From Amycolatopsis sp. (GTDB lineage Bacteria > Actinomycetota > Actinomycetes > Mycobacteriales > Pseudonocardiaceae): 64,000 bases of DNA. The position numbers and the translations under genes were made by a program. Below the pieces are notes generated by a model, which was given only the letters and a program-made list of their open reading frames with translations, was not told the DNA's origin and ran no database searches. The stretch is taken from the NCBI RefSeq assembly GCF_035276945.1, contig NZ_DATELF010000096.1:24933-88932 (forward strand), in the 5' to 3' direction. This document shows, in pieces, positions 45,733 to 54,540 of this stretch (its first letter is position 1; every line of letters begins with the position of its first letter).

Positions 45733-46864
45733 AGCCGTTTCCGGAGCGGAAATCCGGCTGGAGAAGGTGACCAAGCGCTACCCGGGTTCGGCTGAGCCCG
45801 CCGTCGACGATGTCACGATGACCATCCCGGCGGGCAAGATCGTGATCCTGGTCGGTCCGTCGGGCTGCGGCAAGACCACCACCATGCGGATGATCAACCG
45901 CCTGATCGAGCCGACCTCGGGCCGGATCAGCATCGGTGGCGAGGACGCGCTGCGGCTGAATCCGGACCAGCTGCGCCGCAAGATCGGGTACGCGATCCAG
46001 CAGGCCGGGTTGTTCCCGCATTTCACCGTCGCGCAGAACATCGCAGTCGTGCCCGGGCTGCTCGGCTGGGACCGCAAGCGGATCGGCGACCGGGTCGAGC
46101 AGATGATGGACCTGGTGGGCCTCGACCCGAAGGTGTTCCACGACCGCTACCCGCGCCAGCTTTCCGGTGGTCAGCTGCAGCGCGTGGGCGTCGCGCGGGC
46201 GCTGGCCGCGGATCCACCGGTGCTGCTGATGGACGAGCCGTTCGGCGCGGTCGACCCGATCACGCGCGGCAACCTGCAGGACGAACTGTTGCGCCTGCAG
46301 GCCGAACTGCGCAAGACGATCGTGTTCGTCACACATGACTTCGACGAGGCGGTCAAGCTCGGCGACAAGATCGCGGTTCTCGGCGACCGGTCGGCGATCC
46401 TCCAGTACGACACGCCGGACGCGATACTGGCCAATCCGGCAGACGACACCGTCGCGGGCTTCGTCGGTGCGGGTGCGTCGCTCAAGCAGCTCACCCTGTT
46501 GCGGGTCCGGGACGTGGAGCTGAGGAAGGACACCGTCACCGCCCGGCTGAGCGATCCGCCTGCCCAGGTCCGGCGGGAGTTGACCGAGCGTGGCGAGACC
46601 TTCGCGCTGATCCTCGACGAGCGCGACCGCCCGGTACGCTGGGCCCACGTCCGTGACCTCGCCTCGGCGTCCTCGCTGAGCACGGCGGGCAAACCGGTCG
46701 GGGACCTGGTCAGCCTCCAGTCCACATTGCAGGACGCGCTCGAGGCGATGCTCGTGGAGGGCGGTGCGGTGCCGGTGACCGGCCCGCGCGGCGAGTACGC
46801 GGGGGTGATCGAACTGGACACGGTGACGGCGACCGTCCAGCGGCTGCGGGAGGAGCACTCCTGA
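45725..46864 (+). CDS. Osmoprotectant ABC transporter ATP-binding protein with C-terminal CBS pair
   Basis: Walker A GPSGCGKTT, signature LSGGQLQR, Walker B LLMDEPFGAVD, plus a C-terminal ~130-aa CBS-like region. The GTG start overlaps the permease stop. Confidence 0.9.
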   Translation: MSEAVSGAEIRLEKVTKRYPGSAEPAVDDVTMTIPAGKIVILVGPSGCGKTTTMRMINRLIEPTSGRISIGGEDALRLNPDQLRRKIGYAIQQAGLFPHFTVAQNIAVVPGLLGWDRKRIGDRVEQMMDLVGLDPKVFHDRYPRQLSGGQLQRVGVARALAADPPVLLMDEPFGAVDPITRGNLQDELLRLQAELRKTIVFVTHDFDEAVKLGDKIAVLGDRSAILQYDTPDAILANPADDTVAGFVGAGASLKQLTLLRVRDVELRKDTVTARLSDPPAQVRRELTERGETFALILDERDRPVRWAHVRDLASASSLSTAGKPVGDLVSLQSTLQDALEAMLVEGGAVPVTGPRGEYAGVIELDTVTATVQRLREEHS

Positions 46865-47634
46865 TGGCCACGACCGTTGAGTTCTCCACGGAATCCGGGT
46901 TCCGCCGCGCGGACCGGGCCCGGCTGCTCGCCCAGCCGCTGAGCGTGGCGGTGCTCGTCACAGCGGTCCTGATCTGGGCACTGACCAGGGAAAACGACGC
47001 GACCGAAGCGGAGAGCCTGAACTGGCCGACGCTGCTCGCCGACACCTGGCAGCATCTGCTGATCACCGTCGGTGTGGCGGCCATCGTGGTCGTCGTGGCG
47101 GTGCCGCTCGGGATCGTGCTGACGCGGTCGTGGGCCAGGCCGGTCGCGCCGGTGTTCCTGTCCATCGCCAACATCGGCCAGGCCGCACCGGCCCTCGGCG
47201 TGATCGTGCTGTTCTTCCTCTGGACCAGTTGGGAGGGCTTCTGGTGCGCGGTGCTGCCGATCGCCTTCTACTCGCTGCTGCCGGTGCTGCGGAACACGAT
47301 CGTGGGGATCGACGCCGTGGACCCGGCACTCACCGACGCCGGCCGCGGAATCGGCATGTCGTCGGCGGGCGTGCTGTTCCGGGTCGAACTGCCGCTGGCC
47401 GTGCCGCTGATCCTGGCCGGATTGCGCACCTCGCTCGTGCTCGCGGTGGGCACGGCCACCCTGGCGTTCTTCGTCAACGGTGGCGGGCTCGGTGAGCTGA
47501 TCGACACCGGCTACAAGCTGAACCGGATTCCCGTGCTGGTCACCGGTGCGGTGCTCGCGGTGGGGCTCGCGCTGCTGGTCGACTGGGTGGGCGCGGTGCT
47601 GGAGGAGGTCTTCGGACCGAGGGGGCTGTCGTGA
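46864..47634 (+). CDS. Osmoprotectant ABC transporter permease (second)
   Basis: Loop DAGRGIGMSSAGVLFRVELPLAVP. It is a paralogue of the first permease, with an ATGA-type overlap. Confidence 0.85.
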   Translation: MATTVEFSTESGFRRADRARLLAQPLSVAVLVTAVLIWALTRENDATEAESLNWPTLLADTWQHLLITVGVAAIVVVVAVPLGIVLTRSWARPVAPVFLSIANIGQAAPALGVIVLFFLWTSWEGFWCAVLPIAFYSLLPVLRNTIVGIDAVDPALTDAGRGIGMSSAGVLFRVELPLAVPLILAGLRTSLVLAVGTATLAFFVNGGGLGELIDTGYKLNRIPVLVTGAVLAVGLALLVDWVGAVLEEVFGPRGLS

Positions 47635-48590
47635 GGAGGCTACTGGCGACCTTCGGGGCGGTGGTGCTGGCGAGTTCGCTCACCGCGTGCGGGCTGGACC
47701 TCAACGCGGCGCTGCCCTACGAGGTGAAACCGGGCTCGATCCGGCCGGAACCGAGCCTTTCCGGGGTCCACGTGACGGTGGGATCGAAGGATTTCACCGA
47801 AAACATCATTCTCGGTTACCTCGCCGAGCTTGCCCTTTCCGCGGCCGGGGCGAAGGTCACCGACCTGACCAACATCAGTGGCTCGAACAGCGAGCGCCAG
47901 GCGTTGCTCAACGAGCAGGTGAGCCTGTACTGGGAATATACCGGCACCGCCTGGATCTCCTACCAGGGCAACGACCAGCCGATTCCGGACGAGGCCGGTC
48001 AGTACGACGCGGTCAAGGCGGCCGACGAGCGACAGAACGGGGTCACCTGGCTCCGCTATTCCCCGGTCAACGACACCTATGCGTTCGGCACCACGGAAGC
48101 CTACGCGCAGGCGCACAACCTGAGGTCCACTTCGGACATGACGTCCTTTCTCCGGGAACATCCCGACCAGGCGGTGTTCTGCGTGGAAACGGAATTCGCG
48201 AGCCGGCAGGACGGTATGCCCGGGGTGCAGGCGACCTACGGTTTCCCGACCACGACGGTGAAGACGTTCGGCACCGGGACGATATATTCGGCGATCGCGA
48301 ACGGAACCTGCAATTTCGGCGAGATATTCACCACCGACGGCCGGATCGCCGGGCTGAATCTCCGGGTGCTCACCGACGACAAGAAGTTCTTCCCGCAGTA
48401 CAACGCGGCGGTCACGCTGAAGAAATCGTTCCTGGAACGGTATCCAGCCCTGCGTGAGGTGCTGGAACCGGTCGGCGACGCGCTGGACAACCAGCAGATG
48501 ATCGAACTGTGCAAGCAGGTCGACGTCGACGGCAGAGACCCCGGCGAGGTCGCCCGTGACTGGATGGTCGCGAAGGGATTCGTCAGCTAG
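47631..48590 (+). CDS. Glycine betaine/osmoprotectant ABC substrate-binding lipoprotein (OpuBC/OsmF-like)
   Basis: It has a lipobox (LTACG) and an OpuAC-family fold pattern (GSKDFTE..ILG, YWEYTGT). Confidence 0.85.
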   Translation: MRRLLATFGAVVLASSLTACGLDLNAALPYEVKPGSIRPEPSLSGVHVTVGSKDFTENIILGYLAELALSAAGAKVTDLTNISGSNSERQALLNEQVSLYWEYTGTAWISYQGNDQPIPDEAGQYDAVKAADERQNGVTWLRYSPVNDTYAFGTTEAYAQAHNLRSTSDMTSFLREHPDQAVFCVETEFASRQDGMPGVQATYGFPTTTVKTFGTGTIYSAIANGTCNFGEIFTTDGRIAGLNLRVLTDDKKFFPQYNAAVTLKKSFLERYPALREVLEPVGDALDNQQMIELCKQVDVDGRDPGEVARDWMVAKGFVS

Positions 48591-48595
48591 GAGCG

Positions 48596-49057
48596 TCAGA
48601 TGCCGAGGCGGTGCAGCACCTGCGACTCCAGCCGTTCGAGTTCGGCCGCGACCGCCTGGTGCGCGGCCTTGCGGCGGCCGGCCGGCATGCGCTCGGCCGC
48701 GCGCACCGCGGCGGTGAGTTGCTCGAGCGTGGCCTGGGCCTCGGTGACGAACTCGCCGTCTTCCGCGGTCGCCCTCGCCGATTTCCGCAGTTCGGCCAGC
48801 GCGTCAGAGACACCGGCGATCCGCGCGAGCAGGCCGGCGCCCCGCCCGGTGTACTCGGACAGCGCCTCGACCGGGACGCCGAGCTTCCGCGCCTGGAAGC
48901 GGTCGTATGCCTCACGCAGCGCGCCCGCGGCCTTGACCGCGATCGGCGCGAGCACCGGCGCCACGGCAGGGACCACGATCTTGGCCACCGCGACGGCGTT
49001 GCGGGCCTTGCGCGGCGTCAGTCCTTTTTCGTCCGCCTTCTTTCCAGCCATGCGCAT
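48596..49057 (-). CDS. Conserved actinobacterial hypothetical protein (possibly DUF6474-like; family name from memory only)
   Basis: 153 aa beginning MRMAGKKADEKGLTPRKARNAVAVAKIVVPAVAPVL, helical throughout. I chose the start at 49057 rather than the track start at 49117. Confidence 0.6.
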   Translation of the reverse strand: MRMAGKKADEKGLTPRKARNAVAVAKIVVPAVAPVLAPIAVKAAGALREAYDRFQARKLGVPVEALSEYTGRGAGLLARIAGVSDALAELRKSARATAEDGEFVTEAQATLEQLTAAVRAAERMPAGRRKAAHQAVAAELERLESQVLHRLGI

Positions 49058-49066
49058 GAACTTACT

Positions 49067-49178
49067 GTGTGGGGCGGGACACCCGCACCCGGTCGGCCAC
49101 ATGATCGGGCTTCGCATTGTCGATCATGTGGGCCTCCGGTGTGGGGCGGGACACTCGCACCCGGTCGGTCGCGTGATC
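49067..49178 (+). repeat. Pair of 40-bp direct repeats (49067-49106 and 49139-49178, 36/40 identical)
   Basis: GTGTGGGGCGGGACACCCGCACCCGGTCGGCCACATGATC versus GTGTGGGGCGGGACACTCGCACCCGGTCGGTCGCGTGATC. The pair lies in the divergent intergenic region between 48596-49057(-) and the RecB-like nuclease gene. Confidence 0.85.
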
Positions 49179-49260
49179 AGGGCTCGGTGCTACCCACGCG
49201 CTCGCGCCAGACACGTCACGCGTGCGTTTTCTGTCGGTGCTCCCTTCTAAGGTGGTGAAC

Positions 49261-50892
49261 ATGGAACCTGAGGTGCTGCTCGACGCCGGCGCGCTGAGCC
49301 GTTGCCGTCGCCGGGTGCATCTCGACCACGACCCGGCCATGCGGGAGGCCACGCAAGCCCCGCCGGACCCGTCCGCGGAACAGCGCATCGCGGACGCCGC
49401 CACGCATCGCGAGACGATCCGGCGGCGGCTGCTCGACGCCGTCCCGGGGGACTGGGTCACCGTGCCGGCCGAGTTGCCCGTGTCGGAGCGGACCAGGCTG
49501 ACCGAGCGGGCGCTCACCGAGGGCGTCTCCCATATCTGGGGCGGGCTGCTGCCCGCCGACCGGGTGGGACACCGGCGCGGCGGTGCCGAACTACTCGTCC
49601 GCACCGACGGCGGGTACCTGCCGCTGCTCGTGGTGCGGCACCGGATCACCGATCCCGGTGCCGGTGCGCTGACCACCGGCCCCACCGATCTCGACCCGGG
49701 GAACGCGGTCGTCGACGAGGCCCGCAAGGTCCGCTCCCACCCGCGCGATCAGCTCCGCCTGGTTCACCTGCGCCGCATGCTGGAAACCCTGGGCCAGGCC
49801 GCGCCCCGGCCGATCGGCGGGGTGATCGGGCTGGACGCCGACGTGGTGGTCTGGCACGAGCTGGCGGCCCCCACCTGGCCGGGCAGCCGCACCGCCCTGG
49901 CCGAGTACGATGGGCGGTTCGCCGACCGGCTGGCCGTCGCGCGTTCGGCGGCCGCGGGCGGGCCCGCGCTCGCCGAGCCGTCCCGCGTGCTGGAGTGCCG
50001 GACCTGCCCGTGGTGGCCGATCTGCGAGACCGCGCTGACCGCGGTCCGGGACGTGAGCCTGGTCGTGCGTGGTGAGGACGCGATGGAGCTGCGCCGAGTC
50101 GGCGTATCCACAGTGGACAAGCTGGCTTCGCTCAGTCCCGGCGACGAGCCGCCGATCCAGTGGACCTCGGGCACGTTCGCCGACGCCGTGGCGCTGGCTC
50201 GTGCGTGGCTGGCGGATCTCACGGTGGTGCGGAGGGTGCCGGACATCCAGGTGTCGCGGGCCGATGTCGAGGTCGACGTGGACATGGAAAGCTTCGGCGA
50301 GTCCGGCGCCTACCTGTGGGGCTGTCTACTGTCCGGCGCCGACATCGGGCTGCCGCGCGGCTACCGCTCGTTCGTGACCTGGGAGCCGCTGCCCACGGCC
50401 GACGAGGCCCGCTCGTTCGCCGAGTTCTGGGCCTGGCTGACCGAGGTCCGGGAGCGCGCGGTCGCCGCCGGGTTGACCTTCCGCGCCTACTGTTACAACG
50501 CCATGGCGGAGAACCGGTGGCTGTTCGGCTCGGTCGAGCGGTTTGCCGCTTTCGACGGCGTTCCCAGCCGCTCGACCGTTCAGTCCTTTGTGGATTCCGA
50601 GGAGTGGGTGGATCTGTTCCGCAGCGTTTCCGAGCAGTTCCTGTGCGCGCGGGGCAAGGGCCTGAAAGTGGTCGCGCCGGTCGCCGGGTTCACCTGGCGC
50701 GATCCGGAGGCGGGGGGCGAGGCGTCGATGCGGTGGTACCGCGCGGCCGTGGGCATGGACGGTGAAGTCCCCGACCTCGCCCAGCGCGAACGTCTCCTCC
50801 GCTACAACGAGGACGACGTCCACGCCACCTACACCCTGCGTGCCTGGATGTCGGGCCCCGCCCACGAAATCCCGTACATGGGCGACCTGTAG
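49261..50892 (+). CDS. TM0106-family RecB-like putative nuclease with C-terminal RNase-H-like (YprB-type) exonuclease domain
   Basis: 543 aa. It has a Cys cluster (ECRTCPWWPICE), a PD-(D/E)xK-like N-terminal half, and a C-terminal DVDMES...YCYN...LLRYNEDDV DEDD-like exonuclease pattern. Confidence 0.75.
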   Translation: MEPEVLLDAGALSRCRRRVHLDHDPAMREATQAPPDPSAEQRIADAATHRETIRRRLLDAVPGDWVTVPAELPVSERTRLTERALTEGVSHIWGGLLPADRVGHRRGGAELLVRTDGGYLPLLVVRHRITDPGAGALTTGPTDLDPGNAVVDEARKVRSHPRDQLRLVHLRRMLETLGQAAPRPIGGVIGLDADVVVWHELAAPTWPGSRTALAEYDGRFADRLAVARSAAAGGPALAEPSRVLECRTCPWWPICETALTAVRDVSLVVRGEDAMELRRVGVSTVDKLASLSPGDEPPIQWTSGTFADAVALARAWLADLTVVRRVPDIQVSRADVEVDVDMESFGESGAYLWGCLLSGADIGLPRGYRSFVTWEPLPTADEARSFAEFWAWLTEVRERAVAAGLTFRAYCYNAMAENRWLFGSVERFAAFDGVPSRSTVQSFVDSEEWVDLFRSVSEQFLCARGKGLKVVAPVAGFTWRDPEAGGEASMRWYRAAVGMDGEVPDLAQRERLLRYNEDDVHATYTLRAWMSGPAHEIPYMGDL

Positions 50893-50896
50893 TCCC

Positions 50897-51022
50897 GCGA
50901 GTCGGCCTTTCGTGTCGGGTGAGTCGGCCTTTGGTGTCGGGTGAGTCGGGCTTTCGTGTTGCGCGAGTCGGGTTTTGGTGTCGGGTGAGTCGGGCTTTGG
51001 CGTTGGGTGAGTTCGGTTAGCG
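50897..51022 (+). repeat. 5.7 copies of a 22-bp tandem repeat, consensus G(T/C)GAGTCGG(G/C)CTTT(G/C)GTGTCGG
   Basis: Units start at 50897, 50919, 50941, 50963 and 50985, with a partial unit at 51007. The array fills the whole convergent gap, beginning 4 nt after the nuclease stop and running into the SDR stop. Confidence 0.9.
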
Positions 51023-51775
51023 AGGGGCCATGCGGAGGGCGCCGTCGAGGCGGATGACCTCGCCGTTCAGGTAGTCGTGTTCGACGATGTCGACCGCGAG
51101 CTGCGCGTACTCCTCCGGGCGGCCGAGCCGCTTCGGGAAGGGGACACCGGCGGCGAGGCCGGCGCGGAACTCGTCGCTGACGGTGGCCAGCATCGGAGTG
51201 TCGATGATCCCGGGAGCGATGGTCACGACGCGGATGCCCAGGGACGCCAGGTCCCGCGCGGCGGGCAGGGTCAGCCCGACCACGCCACCCTTGGACGCCG
51301 AGTAGGCCACCTGCCCGATCTGCCCGTCGAAGGCCGCCACCGACGCCGTGTTGATCACGACCCCGCGGGCGTTGTCGTTCAGCGGCTCGGTTTTGGCGAT
51401 GGCTTCCGCGGCCAGGGTGATGACGTTGAAGGTGCCGATCAGGTTGATCTCCACAACCTTCCGGAACAGGCTCAGGTCGTGCGGGCCGTTCTTGGACAGG
51501 ATCCGCGCGGACGGCCCGATCCCGGCGCAGTTCACCACGGTCCGCAGCGGCACCCCGGAGCTCGCGGCCTGTCCGATGGCGGCCCTGACCTGCTCGGGGT
51601 CGGTCACGTCGGTCTCGACGTAGGTCACGCCGTCCACGGCCGGTGCCTTTTCGATGCCGCCCGCCAGATCGAAGGCGAACACCCGTGCGCCCTTCGCCGC
51701 GAGTGCCTGAGCCGTCGCGCCACCGAGCCCCGAAGCTCCGCCGGTGACGATCGCCGCTGTGTCCGTGATCCGCAT
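51017..51775 (-). CDS. SDR family 3-hydroxyacyl-CoA dehydrogenase (type-2/HSD17B10-like)
   Basis: It has TGGASGLG, a NCAGI-type NCAGIG, and YSASKGG. The C-terminal LNGEVIRLDGALRM is typical of this subfamily. Confidence 0.85.
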   Translation of the reverse strand: MRITDTAAIVTGGASGLGGATAQALAAKGARVFAFDLAGGIEKAPAVDGVTYVETDVTDPEQVRAAIGQAASSGVPLRTVVNCAGIGPSARILSKNGPHDLSLFRKVVEINLIGTFNVITLAAEAIAKTEPLNDNARGVVINTASVAAFDGQIGQVAYSASKGGVVGLTLPAARDLASLGIRVVTIAPGIIDTPMLATVSDEFRAGLAAGVPFPKRLGRPEEYAQLAVDIVEHDYLNGEVIRLDGALRMAPR

Positions 51776-51914
51776 GCCGTCCCCTTTCTCGACCTGGTCA
51801 GGTTAACGCTCGTTCGCCATGGGAAGCGGTGGCCCTCCTCACCGTCGCGTGGAGTATTCGGGGGTGTCCACTTCCGTTCGCACGGAAGTCAACTCGGGCT
51901 GTCACCTTCGCAGC

Positions 51915-53213
51915 ATGGGACAAGCTCGGATCGCGGTGATCGGTACCGGATACGTCGGACTGACCACCGGTGCCTGCCTCGCCAGCCTTGGCCATCGGGT
52001 TACCTGCGTGGACGTGGACGAGGTGAAGGTGGCCAGACTCGCCGCTGGCCGGGTCGACATCCTCGAGCCGGGGCTCGAGGAGTTGGTCTCGCGGGGCCTG
52101 AGCAGCGGCCGGTTGAGTTTCACCGTCGACTCGCGGCGAGCGGTGGCAGACGCCGAAGGCGTGTTCCTGTGCGTACCGACGCCGATGGGCGCGGGCGGTG
52201 CGGCCGACCTGCGCGCGGTCGAAGCGGTGATCGCGGAGGTCGGCGACGTGCTGCCGGGTGGCTGTGCGGTGATCACCAAGTCCACGGTGCCGGTCGGTAC
52301 CGCGCGACGCATCCGTGAACTTCTCGGCCGCGGCGATGTGCCCGTGGTGGCGAACCCGGAGTTCCTCCGCGAGGGCACCGCGGTAGCCGACTTCCTGCAC
52401 CCGGATCGGATCGTGGTCGGCTCGGACGACGAGTCCGCGGCCCGTTGGGTCGCCGGTCTGTACCAGGAGCTCGGAGCCCCGAACGTGATCACCGACGCGG
52501 CCAGCGCCGAATTGGTGAAGTATGCGGCGAACTGCTTCCTGGCGATGAAACTGTCCTACGTCAACGCGACGGCCGAGCTGTGCGAGCGGCTGGGCGCCGA
52601 CATCGAGTCGGTGACCGAAGGCATGGGCTACGACCGGCGCATCGGCCGGTCCTTCCTCAAGCCCGGTCCCGGTTGGGGCGGTTCCTGCCTGCCCAAGGAC
52701 ACGCACGCGCTGGTCCAGGTCGCCGAGTCGGTCGGGTTCGACTTCTCGCTGCTGTCCGCGGCGATAGTGGAGAACATCGCCCAGCGCGACCGGATCGTCG
52801 CCAAGATCGCCGAAGCGGTCGGTGGGCTGGCCGGGGCGCGGATCGGGGTGCTGGGCCTGGCGTTCAAGGCGGGAACCAACGATCTGCGGGATTCTCCCGC
52901 GCTCTCGGTGACGGCCATGCTGGCCGCGCACGGCGCCGAGGTGATCGCCTACGACCCGGCGGTCGGCGGCGACCTCCCCGGCATGACCGTGGTGGACGAC
53001 CCGTACCTGACGGCCAAAGGTTCCGACGGGATCGTCGTGCTCACCGAGTGGGACGAGTTCCGCAGGCTCGACTGGTCCTACCTCGCCGAGCTCATGCATG
53101 GAGAGTCGGTGGTCGACACCCGGAACCTGCTGGACCCCCGGACGATCCGGAATGCCGGCCTGTCCTGGATCGGTCTGGGCCGTCCCCGCCAGCGCCTGGT
53201 CACTCCGGCTTAG
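51915..53213 (+). CDS. ugd: UDP-glucose 6-dehydrogenase
   Basis: It begins MGQARIAVIGTGYVGL (Rossmann fold) and has GGSCLPKD (catalytic Cys). The start is the internal ATG at 51915. Confidence 0.9.
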   Translation: MGQARIAVIGTGYVGLTTGACLASLGHRVTCVDVDEVKVARLAAGRVDILEPGLEELVSRGLSSGRLSFTVDSRRAVADAEGVFLCVPTPMGAGGAADLRAVEAVIAEVGDVLPGGCAVITKSTVPVGTARRIRELLGRGDVPVVANPEFLREGTAVADFLHPDRIVVGSDDESAARWVAGLYQELGAPNVITDAASAELVKYAANCFLAMKLSYVNATAELCERLGADIESVTEGMGYDRRIGRSFLKPGPGWGGSCLPKDTHALVQVAESVGFDFSLLSAAIVENIAQRDRIVAKIAEAVGGLAGARIGVLGLAFKAGTNDLRDSPALSVTAMLAAHGAEVIAYDPAVGGDLPGMTVVDDPYLTAKGSDGIVVLTEWDEFRRLDWSYLAELMHGESVVDTRNLLDPRTIRNAGLSWIGLGRPRQRLVTPA

Positions 53214-53353
53214 CGGGCACGGGTAGCCGGTTTGGCGGTCACGGCCATCACCGACTGGACACCGGTGACCACGTCGCCTAACGCACTGGTCGTAACCCAA
53301 CAGTCGCTTTTCGACCGACGCGCGGGCACCGGCCGGTGCCGTAGCTTTCAGGT

Positions 53354-54475
53354 GTGTGGCGAGGCGGCGGGCGGATCCTGTGCGTGGGTGACGCGCTGGT
53401 CACGTTCTTGCCGATGGCGTTCGTCCTCGGGGTGACCACGGTCGCCGGGCACTTCCAGCCCGCGAAACACCCGCTTGACCCGCTCGCCTACGCCTGGCTC
53501 GCGGGTGCGGCGCTGCCGTTGCTGGTGACCCGGCGGTTCCCGCTGCCGGTGTTCGTCGTGGTCGCCGGGCTGACCTGGGGGTACTACCTGTCGGGCTACC
53601 CCGGCGGTCCGGTGGTGGTGCTGCCGACCATCGCCCTGTTCATCCTCACCAGGCTGCGCGGGCCGGTCGTCGCCGGGTTCGTGGGCGTTGGCGGGCTGCT
53701 CGCCGGGTTCGCTGCTTACCTGGCCACGGGTGGGCATGTGGTGCTCGATGCCCGGGCCGCACTGTTCGTGGTGTGGCTGACCGCTGTGGTCGGGATCGGC
53801 ACGGCCGTGCGGAACCGGGTCGAGGCGGTCCGCGCGGCGCGCGAGCGGGCGGCCGAACGGCAGGATCGGCTGGCCGAACTCGAACGGCTGCGGATCGCCC
53901 GCGAAGTGCACGACGTGGTCGCGCACAGCCTCGCGATGATCAACGTGCAGGCCGGGGTGGCCGCCCATGTCGCCGACCGTCGACCGGAACAGGCGGTCGA
54001 GGCGCTGCGCGCGATCAAGGAAGCCAGTGCCGCCGCGCTGGCCGACCTGCGGGCCACGGTGGCGGTGCTGCGCACCGGCCAAGGCCTCGGGCCGGCGCCG
54101 AGCCTGCGCCAGCTCGACGAGTTGCTGGAACACACCCGGACGGCCGGTCTCGAGGTCCGGGTGCAGGGTTCTCCCGGCGAACTGCCCGCGCCCGTGGACG
54201 GCGCGGCCTACCGGATCCTGCAGGAGTCACTGACGAACGTGGTGCGGCACGCCAACCAGGCGACCATCGTGAAAGTCTACTTTGGACGAAACGGTGGGAC
54301 GCTGGAGCTGGTGGTCCGGGACAACGGCCGTGGTGCGAGCCAGCCGTCGCCCGGACACGGGCTCCGTGGGATGGGTGAGCGGGCCGCGGCGCTCGGCGGC
54401 CGGCTCACCGCCGCTCCCGTCGAGGGCGGGTTCGAGGTGCGAGCCGAGCTGCCGGTGAAGGGAGCGAACGGATGA
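53354..54475 (+). CDS. Sensor histidine kinase (HisKA_3 / NarL-partner type)
   Basis: Four to five N-terminal TM helices, a RIAREVHDVVAHSL H-box, and a C-terminal HATPase with GHGLRGMGERA. The exact start is uncertain. Confidence 0.85.
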   Translation: MWRGGGRILCVGDALVTFLPMAFVLGVTTVAGHFQPAKHPLDPLAYAWLAGAALPLLVTRRFPLPVFVVVAGLTWGYYLSGYPGGPVVVLPTIALFILTRLRGPVVAGFVGVGGLLAGFAAYLATGGHVVLDARAALFVVWLTAVVGIGTAVRNRVEAVRAARERAAERQDRLAELERLRIAREVHDVVAHSLAMINVQAGVAAHVADRRPEQAVEALRAIKEASAAALADLRATVAVLRTGQGLGPAPSLRQLDELLEHTRTAGLEVRVQGSPGELPAPVDGAAYRILQESLTNVVRHANQATIVKVYFGRNGGTLELVVRDNGRGASQPSPGHGLRGMGERAAALGGRLTAAPVEGGFEVRAELPVKGANG

Positions 54476-54505
54476 TCGGTGCTGAATGGGGGCAAGGCCC
54501 CGAAC

Positions 54506-54533
54506 GGGGTCTGGGGGCAAGTCCCCAGACCCC
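54506..54533. repeat. G5-CAAG-C5 type hairpin (11-bp perfect stem) between the HK stop and the RR start
   Basis: ggggtctgggg-gcaagt-ccccagacccc, preceded by a weaker gggg-caagg-cccc at 54489-54501. It is related to the hairpins at 57908-57957. Confidence 0.6.
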
Positions 54534-54540
54534 ACTCAGG

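Noticed and set aside
50897-51022. Possible CRISPR array.
   Set aside because: The 22-bp units are directly abutting with no unique spacers. There are no cas genes in the window, and the unit is shorter than known CRISPR repeats.
53325-53340. 16-bp perfect palindrome GGCACCGGCCGGTGCC 110 nt after ugd, considered as a terminator.
   Set aside because: It has no loop (zero-nt spacer) and no U-tract, and it is far from the stop codon. It could be a restriction-site-like palindrome or a binding site, and the evidence is insufficient.
54472-54540. Track start codon for the response regulator, which would give a 23-aa N-terminal extension (MIGAEWGQGPERGLGASPQTPLR).
   Set aside because: The extension is the translation of a GC hairpin repeat element. 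Receiver domains normally begin a few residues before the (V/I)L(I/L)ADD motif, which fits GTG 54541. Only N-terminal proteomics could settle this.
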